Shown piece by piece: positions 45,243 through 55,307 of a stretch of 64,000 nucleotides of DNA. The translations under genes and the position numbers were made by a program. How positions within the stretch are numbered: position 1 is the stretch's first letter; every line of letters begins with the position of its first letter. The notes beneath the pieces are model-generated. The model was not told the DNA's origin. It saw nothing but the letters and a program-made list of their open reading frames with translations, and did no database searches. The stretch comes from an uncultured Candidatus Binatia bacterium (GTDB lineage Bacteria; Desulfobacterota; Binatia; Bin18): contig OZ241744.1 of NCBI GenBank assembly GCA_965200965.1, forward strand, positions 3,168,001 through 3,232,000. The letters are read 5' to 3'.

Positions 45243-46967
45243 CTAGGGTTTTTTCAGAAACTCTGAAAACTCATACACGCCACGCGCTTGACGACCCTGC
45301 CAGCAGGTCTTGGCCATCCCAAATGTGACGGCCAAGGCCCGGCCCTGGCTGACATGCCGGACCACCGGAATAGCCGTTGTGGTTTCTCCCCGGCAGCTCA
45401 AGCGGAGGGAGAAGTCCGCCGAGTCTGGATGGAGGGACAGATGAAACATGACCGGCCGGCCGTGGTCGTGGATATAGTCCAGTTCCCAGTCGGTAGGGCG
45501 TACCGGATAGGGCCGGCCGTGGGCATAGATGACCCCGACCGAGCGTGGTCCTTCGGGCAGCTCGGTGCGGACCAGGAAGACGCCGAGGTCCGGGCCAAAC
45601 GGCAGCGAGACGAGCTGCCGGGGCAGCAGGCGGCCGGCCTCCTCAGCACGCAACATGTCCATGAACCCCCAGGCGTCAATGGCGGTGCGGCGGTCGCGCA
45701 AGCGGATCTCACCGTGCAGGCGGGCGAGGTAGACCGGTGCCGGCGGCTGGCTTGAGGGCGGCGGGATGCTTAGCTGCAGCTGCATGTCAACCGGCTCAAT
45801 CCAGGAGGCGGCCAAGCCGTCCTCTAGGCGGATAAACGCCTGGGGGTGGGAAAAGCGCATGGCCATGCCGCGATATGAGATCGACAGGCCGTCGGCATGA
45901 CGCTGCCAGACATAGCCGCCAATACGGACTTGGTGGGGCTGTGGGCTGGCGTCGTCCTCGCCGGTAAACAGCAGCATCTCGGTCCCGCCCAGCGACAGCA
46001 GCAGCCGCCCCGAGTGGGTGGTCGCGCCGGCGTCAAATTCAATACCGCCCGTCAGGCCCAAGCTGCTGACCGGATCGTGGAAATGGAGGCTCATGCGGCT
46101 TGGCTGCGAGGCGTGGTGAACGGGCAGAAACGCGCCGTCTCGACCGGCGGAGGAGTTTGACCCGGCCAGGTTCAGCTCGGAAAAGTCGCGGCCGCGCCGC
46201 GGCAGAGGCTCTGACGCTTGGCCCAAAGTCCGACAAAAGAGTTCAATAAAGCGGTCCCGGCCAGGGCCGGGCCAGCGCAACCCTACGCCCAGTTCGAGTT
46301 GGACGGCGTGAATCTTTTCCTGGCTTGACAGCTCTGCCAGGGTCCGAATTGGGAGCGACTCGTCCTGGACAAAACGCGGGCTGAAGACCTGCATGAAGTT
46401 GTTCTTTGCCGCGGCTGGATAGCGGCGACCGAGTGCCACGTCGAGCCCGGCAGCCACCCCCGCGGTCTGAAACGGCAGCAGCTCTTCAGACAAAAAAGCG
46501 GCACCAACGGTTGGCGCGCCCTTGCCGGCGGGCACAAGGCGGGTCCCGTGTTGTTTCACCCCAATCCCCAGATCGCACACCGGCTGGACTACATTCCAGC
46601 CGTGGACAAAAAACAGCTTGGCCGTGCCATACTGGGCGACCAGATGGGAGACGATCTCGAGCAGCGCGGCGGGAAACCACGGGGCATGGGTGCGCACCTG
46701 GTTGACCCGGTTGAGATCAATCTCATTGCGGTCGAGGGACCGGTTGATGAGGGCATAGCCACCGGTCCGGGCGGCCAGATGTTGGGCCAGTCCGGCGGTG
46801 TGCAGATCATTGACCTTGACACTGTCCTGAATGGGCGCATCGCTCGGCCGGCGTCCGCCGTGGGGGGCCACCAGCACGATGGGTGAACGGCCCTCAATAT
46901 ACTCTACCCAGTCCGGCAGGCTAGCAACAAGAAAAGACACAGGGCCCAGTATAACCGATTCAGACAC
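45243..46967 (-). CDS. Hypothetical protein with an N-formylglutamate amidohydrolase-like N-terminal domain
   Basis: VLVAPHGG, IDLNR, FVHG, AVQLEL motifs. The start codon is uncertain. Confidence 0.55.
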   Translation of the reverse strand: MSESVILGPVSFLVASLPDWVEYIEGRSPIVLVAPHGGRRPSDAPIQDSVKVNDLHTAGLAQHLAARTGGYALINRSLDRNEIDLNRVNQVRTHAPWFPAALLEIVSHLVAQYGTAKLFFVHGWNVVQPVCDLGIGVKQHGTRLVPAGKGAPTVGAAFLSEELLPFQTAGVAAGLDVALGRRYPAAAKNNFMQVFSPRFVQDESLPIRTLAELSSQEKIHAVQLELGVGLRWPGPGRDRFIELFCRTLGQASEPLPRRGRDFSELNLAGSNSSAGRDGAFLPVHHASQPSRMSLHFHDPVSSLGLTGGIEFDAGATTHSGRLLLSLGGTEMLLFTGEDDASPQPHQVRIGGYVWQRHADGLSISYRGMAMRFSHPQAFIRLEDGLAASWIEPVDMQLQLSIPPPSSQPPAPVYLARLHGEIRLRDRRTAIDAWGFMDMLRAEEAGRLLPRQLVSLPFGPDLGVFLVRTELPEGPRSVGVIYAHGRPYPVRPTDWELDYIHDHGRPVMFHLSLHPDSADFSLRLSCRGETTTAIPVVRHVSQGRALAVTFGMAKTCWQGRQARGVYEFSEFLKKP

Positions 46968-46985
46968 AAGCGGAAGGCGCTGGCT

Positions 46986-47960
46986 TCAGCGTTCCGCGTC
47001 AACCAGCTTTTGCAATTCTTCAACGCGATAGCTGCCAGGCGCTTGACCGGTCGCCGCCATGTGGTTGGCAATACGCTGGAGGACACGGTTATAAGGGGTG
47101 GGGACGCCGTGCTGGTGGCCGAGGAGCACAATCTCGCCGTTCAGAAAATCGGCCTCAATGGTCGGCAGCCCGCGTTTGAGGCTCTGCCACGACGAGCCGC
47201 CGCCACGCGGGTAGCCCTCAATATCGACCAGTCTGATCTGGCTGCGCACACGCATCCGCAACTCCGCCTCGGGGGCAAAGGCAATGCCAGCCGCCTCATA
47301 GCACGCCCGCGTCTCCGCCCGAACTGCCCGCCCGAAGTCTGTGGCTCGGGCCTCAAGCCCGCACGCGGCCTGGAGGGCGTTTTGTACATTGGACAGCAGT
47401 TTGGTGTACTTCCAGCGCATGATGTCAGGCTCGGGCCGGGCACTGAAACCGCTGTGGCTGAGGGCGGCTGTGACCTGAGTGATGCGTTCATCAACGCCGC
47501 CGGGGTAGCGGCCAGCGTCAAGAATGCCGCCGACCGGGACCGCGTGATTGAGCACCAAGCCGGGCTCCAGAGAGGTTCCGGGCATCCACACCACCATGCC
47601 GTAGACGTGCCGAAAACGCCGGGCGGCCATGCGCTCGTTATCAACGCCGTTTTGGGCGCACACCACGGGCAGCGTGTCGCCAGCGGCCTGATACAAATCG
47701 CGCAGGGCTTGTTCCGTATCCTGGGATTTCATGCACAGCAGCACCACATCGTGCTCGCCAAAGCTGAGCCGTGACGGATGGCCGACGGCCGGGATGTTGA
47801 GGCGCAGGCTCTCGTGTGGGGTCTTGAGGGCCAGACCCCGGCGCTGGATGGTGTCCAGGTGGTCGCCGCGACAGATGAGAACGACCTGATGACCGTGCCG
47901 AAATAGCTGGCCGCCAATCCCGCCGCCAATCCCCCCGGCTCCGTAGATGATGTATCGCAT
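46986..47960 (-). CDS. Ketopantoate reductase family protein
   Basis: YGAGGIGG, KSQD, AQNGV, KYTKLLSN, SSWQSL, EADFLNGEI. Confidence 0.88.
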   Translation of the reverse strand: MRYIIYGAGGIGGGIGGQLFRHGHQVVLICRGDHLDTIQRRGLALKTPHESLRLNIPAVGHPSRLSFGEHDVVLLCMKSQDTEQALRDLYQAAGDTLPVVCAQNGVDNERMAARRFRHVYGMVVWMPGTSLEPGLVLNHAVPVGGILDAGRYPGGVDERITQVTAALSHSGFSARPEPDIMRWKYTKLLSNVQNALQAACGLEARATDFGRAVRAETRACYEAAGIAFAPEAELRMRVRSQIRLVDIEGYPRGGGSSWQSLKRGLPTIEADFLNGEIVLLGHQHGVPTPYNRVLQRIANHMAATGQAPGSYRVEELQKLVDAER

Positions 47961-48086
47961 TTCCGTTCTCCCTGTGTAACCTGCCTCGGCGCTTTTTTAC
48001 CCTGAGATGAGAATGAGACGCAAACGGCTTGCGGGAGCGGGTGGTTTGTTGTAGCAGGCCAGTACAAGAGACGTGAGGAGGAAGAC

Positions 48087-48968
48087 ATGCCACTCAGTTC
48101 AGACAGTGTTGGAAGTTCGGGCGAGCCTGTTGTGCATGAGGTTGATGCCCGCTGGGCGATGGCCTACGCCACCGGCATTGGGGATAGCTCGCCGTGTTAT
48201 CTCGATACCCTGCGCCCCGAGGGCGTGATTGCGCATCCCGTGTTTCCGGTGTGTGTAGAATGGCCGGTGATTGTGGCTATGCGTCAGCATCCGGTCAACG
48301 CTTCGCTGAGCCAGGAGGAGTATGTGCGGGCGGTCCACGCCACCCATGAGCTGGTGATCCACCGTCCAATCCGAGCTGGAGACAGGCTGACCACCCGGGC
48401 CACGATTGTCGGGGTTGAGCAGCGCAGACCCGGGGCCTATCAAACGGTCCGCCTGGACACGACAGACGCCAAGGGCGAGCTGGTGAGTTCGACCTGGCAG
48501 GGGGCGATCTATCGTGGGGTTGAGGTCAGCGGCCCGGACCGTGGAGCGTGCGATCTTCCCCCGCCCATCCCTGCCCTTGGCAACGACGGGTCGACGCGGG
48601 CCGATGTGCCGGTCTCGATTGGACCCGGGGCCGCCCATGTCTATACCGAGTGTGCGCGCATCTGGAACCCGGTCCATACCGACGCCGCGGTTGCCGCTGC
48701 GGCGGGTCTGCCGGCGATTATTCTGCACGGCACGGCGACCCTGGCGATGGGGGTATCGCGCGTGCTTGAGTTGGAAGCCGATAACAGGCCCGAGCGGGTC
48801 AAACGGGTGGCGTGTCGGTTTGGGGCGATGGTGCTGATGCCCTCACAGCTCACCGTGCGTATTCTGTCGCGCCGCGCCACCCCACACGGCGAGGCGATTC
48901 ACTTTGAGGTCCGAGCCGAGGACGGCGGCCCGGCCGTGCGGGACGGGTTGGTGATGCTGCGGCCGTAA
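48087..48968 (+). CDS. Double hot-dog MaoC-like dehydratase
   Basis: WNPVHTD...AGLPAIILHGTAT hydratase-2-like motif. Confidence 0.82.
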   Translation: MPLSSDSVGSSGEPVVHEVDARWAMAYATGIGDSSPCYLDTLRPEGVIAHPVFPVCVEWPVIVAMRQHPVNASLSQEEYVRAVHATHELVIHRPIRAGDRLTTRATIVGVEQRRPGAYQTVRLDTTDAKGELVSSTWQGAIYRGVEVSGPDRGACDLPPPIPALGNDGSTRADVPVSIGPGAAHVYTECARIWNPVHTDAAVAAAAGLPAIILHGTATLAMGVSRVLELEADNRPERVKRVACRFGAMVLMPSQLTVRILSRRATPHGEAIHFEVRAEDGGPAVRDGLVMLRP

Positions 48969-49000
48969 GCCGCTCAAGCTGGAGGAAGGAGGAGAAGTCT

Positions 49001-50008
49001 ATGCGACGCGGACTGATTTTTCCCGGCGGCGGGATGGCGCAACAGGACATGATTCGGATCGCCCAGGAAGCCGAGGCCGCGGGTCTTGATTCGCTGTATG
49101 TCACCGAGGCATGGCGCAGTGCCTTTGTGCCGCTCACCGCGCTGGCGCTGTCAACCGAACGGGTGCGGCTCGGCACCTATGTGCTCAACGCCTATGGCCG
49201 CAGCCCGTTTATTACCGGGATGAGCGCGGTTGATGTCGATGAGCTGTCCGGCGGGCGGCTGCTGCTGGGTGTGGGCAGCGGCAACCGCTTCATCAACGCC
49301 GACTGGCAGGGCGTCCCCCACGAACGCCCATACCAGAAGATGGCTGAGTATGTGGACCTGCTGCGCCAGATTTTCCATACCAGGGCCGGTGAGCGGGTCT
49401 TATACGAGGGCGAGATCCACCGCATGAACTGGGTGCCGGCGGTCACACCGCTGCGTGACAAGGTGCCCATCTATCTGTCGGCGGTCTTTCCCCGCATGGT
49501 CAAGGTCGCTGGGCGGGTGGCCGACGGCCTGGCCCTGGGTGCCATCCTGTCCGCTGAGTATGCGCGGGACGTGATTCAACCCGCGGCGCGAGCCGCGGCT
49601 GAGGAGGCCGGGCGCGACCCCCGCCAGTTGGGCTTTCTGATGGGAGCTATGGTGGCGATTGACGATGACCGCGAGAGGGCCAGGCGGGCGGCCCGCGAGG
49701 CGATCTGTCGGCTGTTTGCTCCTCTGCCGCACCCCTATTACGAGTATATGCTGCGTGAACACGGCTTTTCGGCCGCGGCCGATGCGGCCTGTCAGTATGT
49801 GCCCGAGGGCAAGCTGGAGCGGGCGGTTGAGGCCATCCCGGACGAGGCGGTTGATCGTTTGACAATCGCCGGTACACCGGACGAGGCGCGTAGACGCTTG
49901 GCCGATTACGAGGGCATCGTCAATGAGGTCATCTGTGTCAACGTGTTCTACTCGGCCAGCGATCAGGCATCCATGCTGGCCGCGTACCGCCGGCTGATCC
50001 ACCTGTAG
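49001..50008 (+). CDS. LLM-class flavin-dependent oxidoreductase
   Basis: AEAAGLDS, TERVRLGT, DELSGGRLLLGVGSG, AGRVADG. Confidence 0.87.
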   Translation: MRRGLIFPGGGMAQQDMIRIAQEAEAAGLDSLYVTEAWRSAFVPLTALALSTERVRLGTYVLNAYGRSPFITGMSAVDVDELSGGRLLLGVGSGNRFINADWQGVPHERPYQKMAEYVDLLRQIFHTRAGERVLYEGEIHRMNWVPAVTPLRDKVPIYLSAVFPRMVKVAGRVADGLALGAILSAEYARDVIQPAARAAAEEAGRDPRQLGFLMGAMVAIDDDRERARRAAREAICRLFAPLPHPYYEYMLREHGFSAAADAACQYVPEGKLERAVEAIPDEAVDRLTIAGTPDEARRRLADYEGIVNEVICVNVFYSASDQASMLAAYRRLIHL

Positions 50009-50017
50009 GGTGGCGGT

Positions 50018-50038
50018 CCCTCCCCCGTTGGGGGAGGG
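50018..50038. terminator. GC-rich hairpin between convergent genes
   Basis: CCCTCCCCC-GTT-GGGGGAGGG. Confidence 0.5.
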
Positions 50039-50053
50039 GGCAGCGTTCCGGCC

Positions 50054-50428
50054 TTAGCCGGCGTCCTTTTTATCAATTGAGTCAAACACCTCCTGCGCAA
50101 TCCGCAGGCCGTTCACCCCGACCGGCCAGCCGCCGTAGTGGGCCAGATGAATCATGATCTCCTGGATTTTTTCGCGGCTGATGCCGACGTTGATCGCCCC
50201 CCGGATATGAACCTTGAGTTCCGGGCTGCGGGCTAGGACGGTCAGCGCGGCGACTGTAATCATCGAGCGCTCGCGGGTTTCCAGACCCGGTCGGCCCCAG
50301 ATATCACCGAACAGGTTCTCGACCGTAATGTTCAGAAAGTCGTTCTGCATCATGCCCGGTCTGGGTTCCGCGCCAAACAGTTCTTTCATTTTGGCGGCAC
50401 CTTTCTGGTAGCGTTCAGATTCTGCCAT
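50054..50428 (-). CDS. Carboxymuconolactone decarboxylase family protein
   Basis: FGDIWGRPGL..RERSMIT, HIRGAINVG, HLAHYGGWP. Confidence 0.88.
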   Translation of the reverse strand: MAESERYQKGAAKMKELFGAEPRPGMMQNDFLNITVENLFGDIWGRPGLETRERSMITVAALTVLARSPELKVHIRGAINVGISREKIQEIMIHLAHYGGWPVGVNGLRIAQEVFDSIDKKDAG

Positions 50429-50525
50429 TGTTTCTCCTCCTTGGTCTGAGAGCGCACCCTTGCGGGCCATACATGGGTTGTCTAGTATCAGACGCGCCGT
50501 CTCCGAGTCAAAGTAAAGGACCCCT

Positions 50526-51737
50526 ATGGTTGCCGAGATTTCCGCAGGTCCCCTGCATGGGATTCGTGTTGTTGAGTGTGGTCATATGGTCGGCGCAGCG
50601 TATGCCGCCAAGTTGATGGCTGACCTTGGGGCTGAGGTGGTGAAGGTTGAAGAGCCCGGCGGCGATGAGGCCCGCCGGCGAGGGCCGTATCCCGGCAAGC
50701 CCCATCTGGAAAAGAGTGGGCTGTTCCTCTACCTGAATGCCAACAAGCTTGGGATCACACTGGACTTGCAACGCAACAGGGGGCGAGAGCTGTTCCGAGG
50801 TCTGGTGCAAGAGGCCGACCTGCTCGTCCACAATTATCCGCCACCGCACATGGTGGCGCGTGGCCTGGACTATGAAGCACTCCACAAGCTGAATCCCGGC
50901 CTGGTCATGACCTCGATCTCTCCGTTTGGCCAGACTGGCCCCAACCGGGATTACCATGCCCACGATCTGACCATGTGGAGCGCGGGCGGGATTGTCTATC
51001 TGAGTGGAGCCTCAGGCCGAGAAGACCTGCCGCCGCTCAAGGCCTTCGGTCAACAGGCCGGCTTGCAGGCCGGGGTCAACGCCGCGGTTGGCTCGCTTGG
51101 CGCACTCTTCAGACGTTTGACGACTGGGCAGGGACAACACATTGATGTGTCTGTGCAGGAGTGTCTGGTCGCTATTATGGAGAACAATTATATCTCCTGG
51201 CCGTATGACGGCAGTGTGGCCTCACGTCTCGGCTTTCGTCTCATTCCGCAGGATGTGCTGCCGTGCCGTGACGGCTATATCTATGTCTTGGCGATTGAAG
51301 ATCACCAGTGGCATGGAGCGATAGAGTTGATGGGCAACCCGGAGTGGGCGTCGATGGACCTGTTTGAGGATTTCCCCTCGCGGTCGGCCAACTGGGACGC
51401 GCTGAAGCCCCTGCTGGAAGACTACCTGCAGGATAAGTCGGTCCAGGAAACCTACCATGCCGCCCAGGCCCGGCGGGTTCCGTTTGCGCCAGTGTCAACA
51501 ATGGGCGATCTGTTGGACTCCCCACACCTGAGTGCCCGCGGCTTTTTTGCCACCATCGGTCATCCTGAAGCGGGCAGGCTGCGCTACCCGGGCGCTCCGT
51601 ATCAGTTCTCGGCCTCGCCGTGGGCGCTGCGGCGTCCGGCCCCGTGTCTGGGACAGCATAACGCCGAGGTGTTTGGCCGGCGCTTGGGGCTGGGGCAGGC
51701 GGAATTGGAACGGCTGAAGGAACACAGCGTCATCTGA
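50526..51737 (+). CDS. Family III (CaiB/BaiF) CoA-transferase, subunit lacking the catalytic Asp
   Basis: ADLGAEVVKVE, NANKLGITLDL, SPFGQTGP, GQHIDVS, APCLGQHN. Confidence 0.88.
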   Translation: MVAEISAGPLHGIRVVECGHMVGAAYAAKLMADLGAEVVKVEEPGGDEARRRGPYPGKPHLEKSGLFLYLNANKLGITLDLQRNRGRELFRGLVQEADLLVHNYPPPHMVARGLDYEALHKLNPGLVMTSISPFGQTGPNRDYHAHDLTMWSAGGIVYLSGASGREDLPPLKAFGQQAGLQAGVNAAVGSLGALFRRLTTGQGQHIDVSVQECLVAIMENNYISWPYDGSVASRLGFRLIPQDVLPCRDGYIYVLAIEDHQWHGAIELMGNPEWASMDLFEDFPSRSANWDALKPLLEDYLQDKSVQETYHAAQARRVPFAPVSTMGDLLDSPHLSARGFFATIGHPEAGRLRYPGAPYQFSASPWALRRPAPCLGQHNAEVFGRRLGLGQAELERLKEHSVI

Positions 51738-51750
51738 AGAGAGCACCCCA

Positions 51751-52968
51751 ATGGACAATCAACTTCCCCTGTCCGGTATTCGTGTGGCCGACTTCACCTG
51801 GGTGTGGGCAGGCCCGTTTGCAACCCTGCAACTGGCCCATCTGGGCGCTGAGGTGATTCGTATTGAGACCCGGAACCGGGTGTGCGTCACCCGTCGCATT
51901 CCGCCTTTTGCCGACGGTGAGCCGGGGCCCAACCGCAGCGGCTATTACAACCAGTACAACCAGGGCAAGGCGTCCATCTGTCTGAACTTGAAGAAGCCAG
52001 AGGGGATAGATATCGCCAAAAAGCTGGTCGTTGCCAGCGATGTGGTGGCTGAGAACTTCGCCGGGGGGGTGATGAACAAGATGGGCCTCGGCTATGAGGT
52101 CCTCAAGCAGTTGAAGCCCGATATCATTATGATCTCCATGTCGGGTTATGGCGCGACCGGGCCGGAGCGTGCGTATGTGTCCTACGGCCCGGCCCAGGTA
52201 CCGATGAGCGGCCTGTCGTCGGTGACGGGGTTTCCGGGGTTTCCGCCCATGCATGTCGGATTCTCGTATGGCGACCCCAACGGCGGGCTGCACGGCGCGT
52301 TTGCCGTGCTGGCGGCACTCATGCACCGGGCCCGGACGGGCGAGGGCCAGTATATTGACCTGTCCCAGTGGGAGACCTCGGTTGCTCTATTGGGCGAGGG
52401 ACTGATGGCCGAGCAGATGCACGGCGATCCTCCGCCCCGGGCCGGCAATCGGGACGCGCATATGGCCCCGCACGGGCTGTTCCGGTGTCAGGGCCAGGAC
52501 CGCTGGGTGAGTATTGTCGTGGCCAACGAGGACGAATGGCGGCGTCTGTGTCGGGGGATGGGCCGGCCTGAGCTGGCGGACGACGCCCGTTTTGCCAGCT
52601 TGGCCGACCGCAAAAAAAATGAGGATGTGCTTGAGTCGGTGATTGGTGAATGGACCCAAGCCCGGACCGATATCGAAGTCACCCACACCCTGCAAGCCGC
52701 CGGGGTAGCGGTTTTTCCGGCTCTCACCAACAAAGACCTGGCCCAGGATCAACACCTGCAAGAACGTGGCTTTTTTGTCGAGCGCGAGCATCCCGAAGTC
52801 GGTGTCCGGCGTCATGCCGGCGTGCCCTGGGTGTTTTCTGACACGCCCTGTCAGGTCCGCCGGTCAGCCCCGTGTCTGGGCCAGGACACCGATGCTGTTC
52901 TGCAAAATCTCCTGGGATACTCTGCCGAGGAGGTCACGGCCTTACGCGCTGGTGAGGTGTTGACCTAG
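51751..52968 (+). CDS. Family III CoA-transferase, catalytic subunit
   Basis: WAGP, SGYGATGP, YGDPNGG (catalytic Asp), GQYIDLS. Confidence 0.9.
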   Translation: MDNQLPLSGIRVADFTWVWAGPFATLQLAHLGAEVIRIETRNRVCVTRRIPPFADGEPGPNRSGYYNQYNQGKASICLNLKKPEGIDIAKKLVVASDVVAENFAGGVMNKMGLGYEVLKQLKPDIIMISMSGYGATGPERAYVSYGPAQVPMSGLSSVTGFPGFPPMHVGFSYGDPNGGLHGAFAVLAALMHRARTGEGQYIDLSQWETSVALLGEGLMAEQMHGDPPPRAGNRDAHMAPHGLFRCQGQDRWVSIVVANEDEWRRLCRGMGRPELADDARFASLADRKKNEDVLESVIGEWTQARTDIEVTHTLQAAGVAVFPALTNKDLAQDQHLQERGFFVEREHPEVGVRRHAGVPWVFSDTPCQVRRSAPCLGQDTDAVLQNLLGYSAEEVTALRAGEVLT

Positions 52969-52972
52969 AGAC

Positions 52973-53419
52973 ATGGGGTTACAAGGCTTGAGGCTGCCCT
53001 GGTCGGCTCAAACATTGCTCTCCCTGCTGTCTGGCCTGGTCCTGTTGCTGGGCCTCGCCCCACCGCTCGTTGCTCAAATGGGCAGTCGAGGGACCGCGCT
53101 GATCGAGTTCACCGGGATGGTCCAGAACCGGGCCGGTAACGATGTCCTGACCCTTGAGGTGAAAAAACAAACAATCCTTTTCGCCCTCTGCGATGTGCAG
53201 AGTTCCGGCCACCGCTTTCTCCGCGAGCGCTTTCTTTCCGAGTTGCGTATCCGAACCCCGAGCATATACATCCGGGGGCCGGATTATCTGCTGGAAGAAC
53301 TGCTGGCCGAAGAACCCAATAAACGGGGGCTGAAAATGCGCGGCCTGTACTACAGCGATTCGCGCGCCTTTGTGATTAACCGGCTGTCTCAGTTTCACGG
53401 CACGAGACCTGAACACTAG
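52973..53419 (+). CDS. Hypothetical exported protein
   Basis: Signal-peptide-like N-terminus; fills the gap in operon orientation. Confidence 0.55.
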   Translation: MGLQGLRLPWSAQTLLSLLSGLVLLLGLAPPLVAQMGSRGTALIEFTGMVQNRAGNDVLTLEVKKQTILFALCDVQSSGHRFLRERFLSELRIRTPSIYIRGPDYLLEELLAEEPNKRGLKMRGLYYSDSRAFVINRLSQFHGTRPEH

Positions 53420-53476
53420 ACATACAGCGCCGAATCGCCTGCCGGCACCTTTTTCCTCTCACCGAAAGACGAGTGT

Positions 53477-55165
53477 ATGAGTGACACATCCACCAAATCT
53501 ATGGACTCCATCGTTGCCCTGTGCAGACGCCGGGGCTTCATTTTTCAGTCGTCCGAGCTGTACGGCGGCATCAACGGGTTCTGGGACTACGGCCCGCTCG
53601 GTGCCGAGCTGAAACGCAACCTCAAGGAAGCCTGGTGGCAGGACGTGGTCCGCTGCCCGGCCGCCGGCCCTGACGGCAAGCCGATTGATATCGTTCCGGT
53701 TGACGCGACCATCATTATGAACCCCAAGGTGTGGGAAGCCTCGGGCCATGTGGGCGGCTTTGCCGACCTGATGAGCACCTGCCGGCAGTGCAAGAAGCTG
53801 ATCCGTTCCGACCACGCCTGGGAGATGGTCCGCGAAGGCACCTGGTATGCCTCGCTGGCCGAGTTGTACGCCAAGGACCGACTAAACATCAGACAGTTGC
53901 GGCGCTGGGTTCAGAAATCGGGTAAGCTGGCACCAGGCTTGGCTCTGGTGCGTGAGCCGGACAAAACGCTGGCCAGGGTGAGGGAAGTTGTTGTCGTCGA
54001 TGTCGGGGCAAAGGTCGCCAACAATCCGCCCCCCATGAGAAGGGGCGAATCCCATGACGATCTGCCGCTCCCGTTCGCATTCGACGACGTGGTCAAACGT
54101 CTGGTGGCTCCGTTCGCATTCAACGATGCCAAACCTGACATCACGCCGTGCCCGTTCTGCGGCGGTGAACTCACCGAGCCCAAACCCTTCAACCTGATGT
54201 TCAAGACCACTACCGGCGCGGTCGCAGATCCGTCCGCGGTTGCCTATCTGCGCCCGGAGACCGCCCAGGGCATCTTCACCCAGTTCTGGAATGTGCTGGA
54301 TAGCAACCGGGTGAAAGTGCCGTTTGGCATGGCCCAGATAGGCAAGGCGTTTCGGAACGAAGTCACGCCGCGCCACTTCACATTTCGGTCCCGCGAGTTT
54401 GAGCAGATGGAGTTGGAGTTCTTTATTCACCCCGGGCAGGCCGCGGAGTGGTATCAGTATTGGCGCGATACGCGCTTCAGCTGGTGGCAGTCGATGGGCT
54501 TGGCCGGCGAGAACCTGACCCTGCGCGAGCACGACCAGGACGAACTCGCCCACTACGCCAGAGACGGGGCCGGCACAAGCGATGTCGAATACCGCTTCCC
54601 GTTTACCGCGCCCGGCTATGGCGAGTTGGAGGGCATTGCCCACCGCGCCGACTACGACCTGCGCCAGCACGCCGTGCATTGCGGCCAGGGCGATAAGCTG
54701 CGCTACTTTGACCCGGACCGCAACGAGCGCTATTTCCCGCACGTCATTGAGCCCAGCGCCGGGGCTGACCGGGGGACCCTGGCTGCGCTGTGCGAAGCCT
54801 ACACCCCCGATGAGCAGCGGCCCAGCAAGGTCTACATGAAGTTTCACCCCCGACTCGCCCCGATCAAGGCGGCTATCTTCCCGTTGGTCAACAAAGGGGC
54901 CATGCCCGAGATTGCCGACAAGCTCTACAACGAACTGCGGCCCAAGTACGCCGTCCAGACTGACGCCAAACAGAGCATCGGCAAGCGCTACGCCCGCATG
55001 GACGAAGCCGGCACCCCGTACTGCTTCACCATCGACGGCCAGACCCTCAGCGACCAGACCGTGACCGTGCGCCACCGCGACACCCTCCAACAGGAGCGCA
55101 TCAGCCTCGACCAGGTCGCCGCCTTCCTGGCTGATAACATCGAAGGCGCGGAAGCCGGCGGCTGA
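53477..55165 (+). CDS. glyQS: Glycyl-tRNA synthetase, homodimeric (alpha2) type
   Basis: DYGPLGAELK, ASGH, LRPETAQG, FRNE, REFEQME, HVIEPSAG.DR, SIGKRYARMDE.GTP. Confidence 0.95.
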   Translation: MSDTSTKSMDSIVALCRRRGFIFQSSELYGGINGFWDYGPLGAELKRNLKEAWWQDVVRCPAAGPDGKPIDIVPVDATIIMNPKVWEASGHVGGFADLMSTCRQCKKLIRSDHAWEMVREGTWYASLAELYAKDRLNIRQLRRWVQKSGKLAPGLALVREPDKTLARVREVVVVDVGAKVANNPPPMRRGESHDDLPLPFAFDDVVKRLVAPFAFNDAKPDITPCPFCGGELTEPKPFNLMFKTTTGAVADPSAVAYLRPETAQGIFTQFWNVLDSNRVKVPFGMAQIGKAFRNEVTPRHFTFRSREFEQMELEFFIHPGQAAEWYQYWRDTRFSWWQSMGLAGENLTLREHDQDELAHYARDGAGTSDVEYRFPFTAPGYGELEGIAHRADYDLRQHAVHCGQGDKLRYFDPDRNERYFPHVIEPSAGADRGTLAALCEAYTPDEQRPSKVYMKFHPRLAPIKAAIFPLVNKGAMPEIADKLYNELRPKYAVQTDAKQSIGKRYARMDEAGTPYCFTIDGQTLSDQTVTVRHRDTLQQERISLDQVAAFLADNIEGAEAGG

Positions 55166-55307
55166 GCGACATGAACACACTCGTTGAACGCCGGGTCTGT
55201 CGCCGCCTAGCTATTTTGCACCCAGGTCGAGCCTTCGCTCCTCGTATGCGCCCCCGTTGCCTCCGTCAGCCTTGACGCCGTGGGCGGTCGGCTGGTAGCG
55301 TCTTCGT

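Noticed and set aside
53792-54148. Intein in GlyRS
   Set aside because: No C/S...HN-C/S/T splice junctions or LAGLIDADG motifs.
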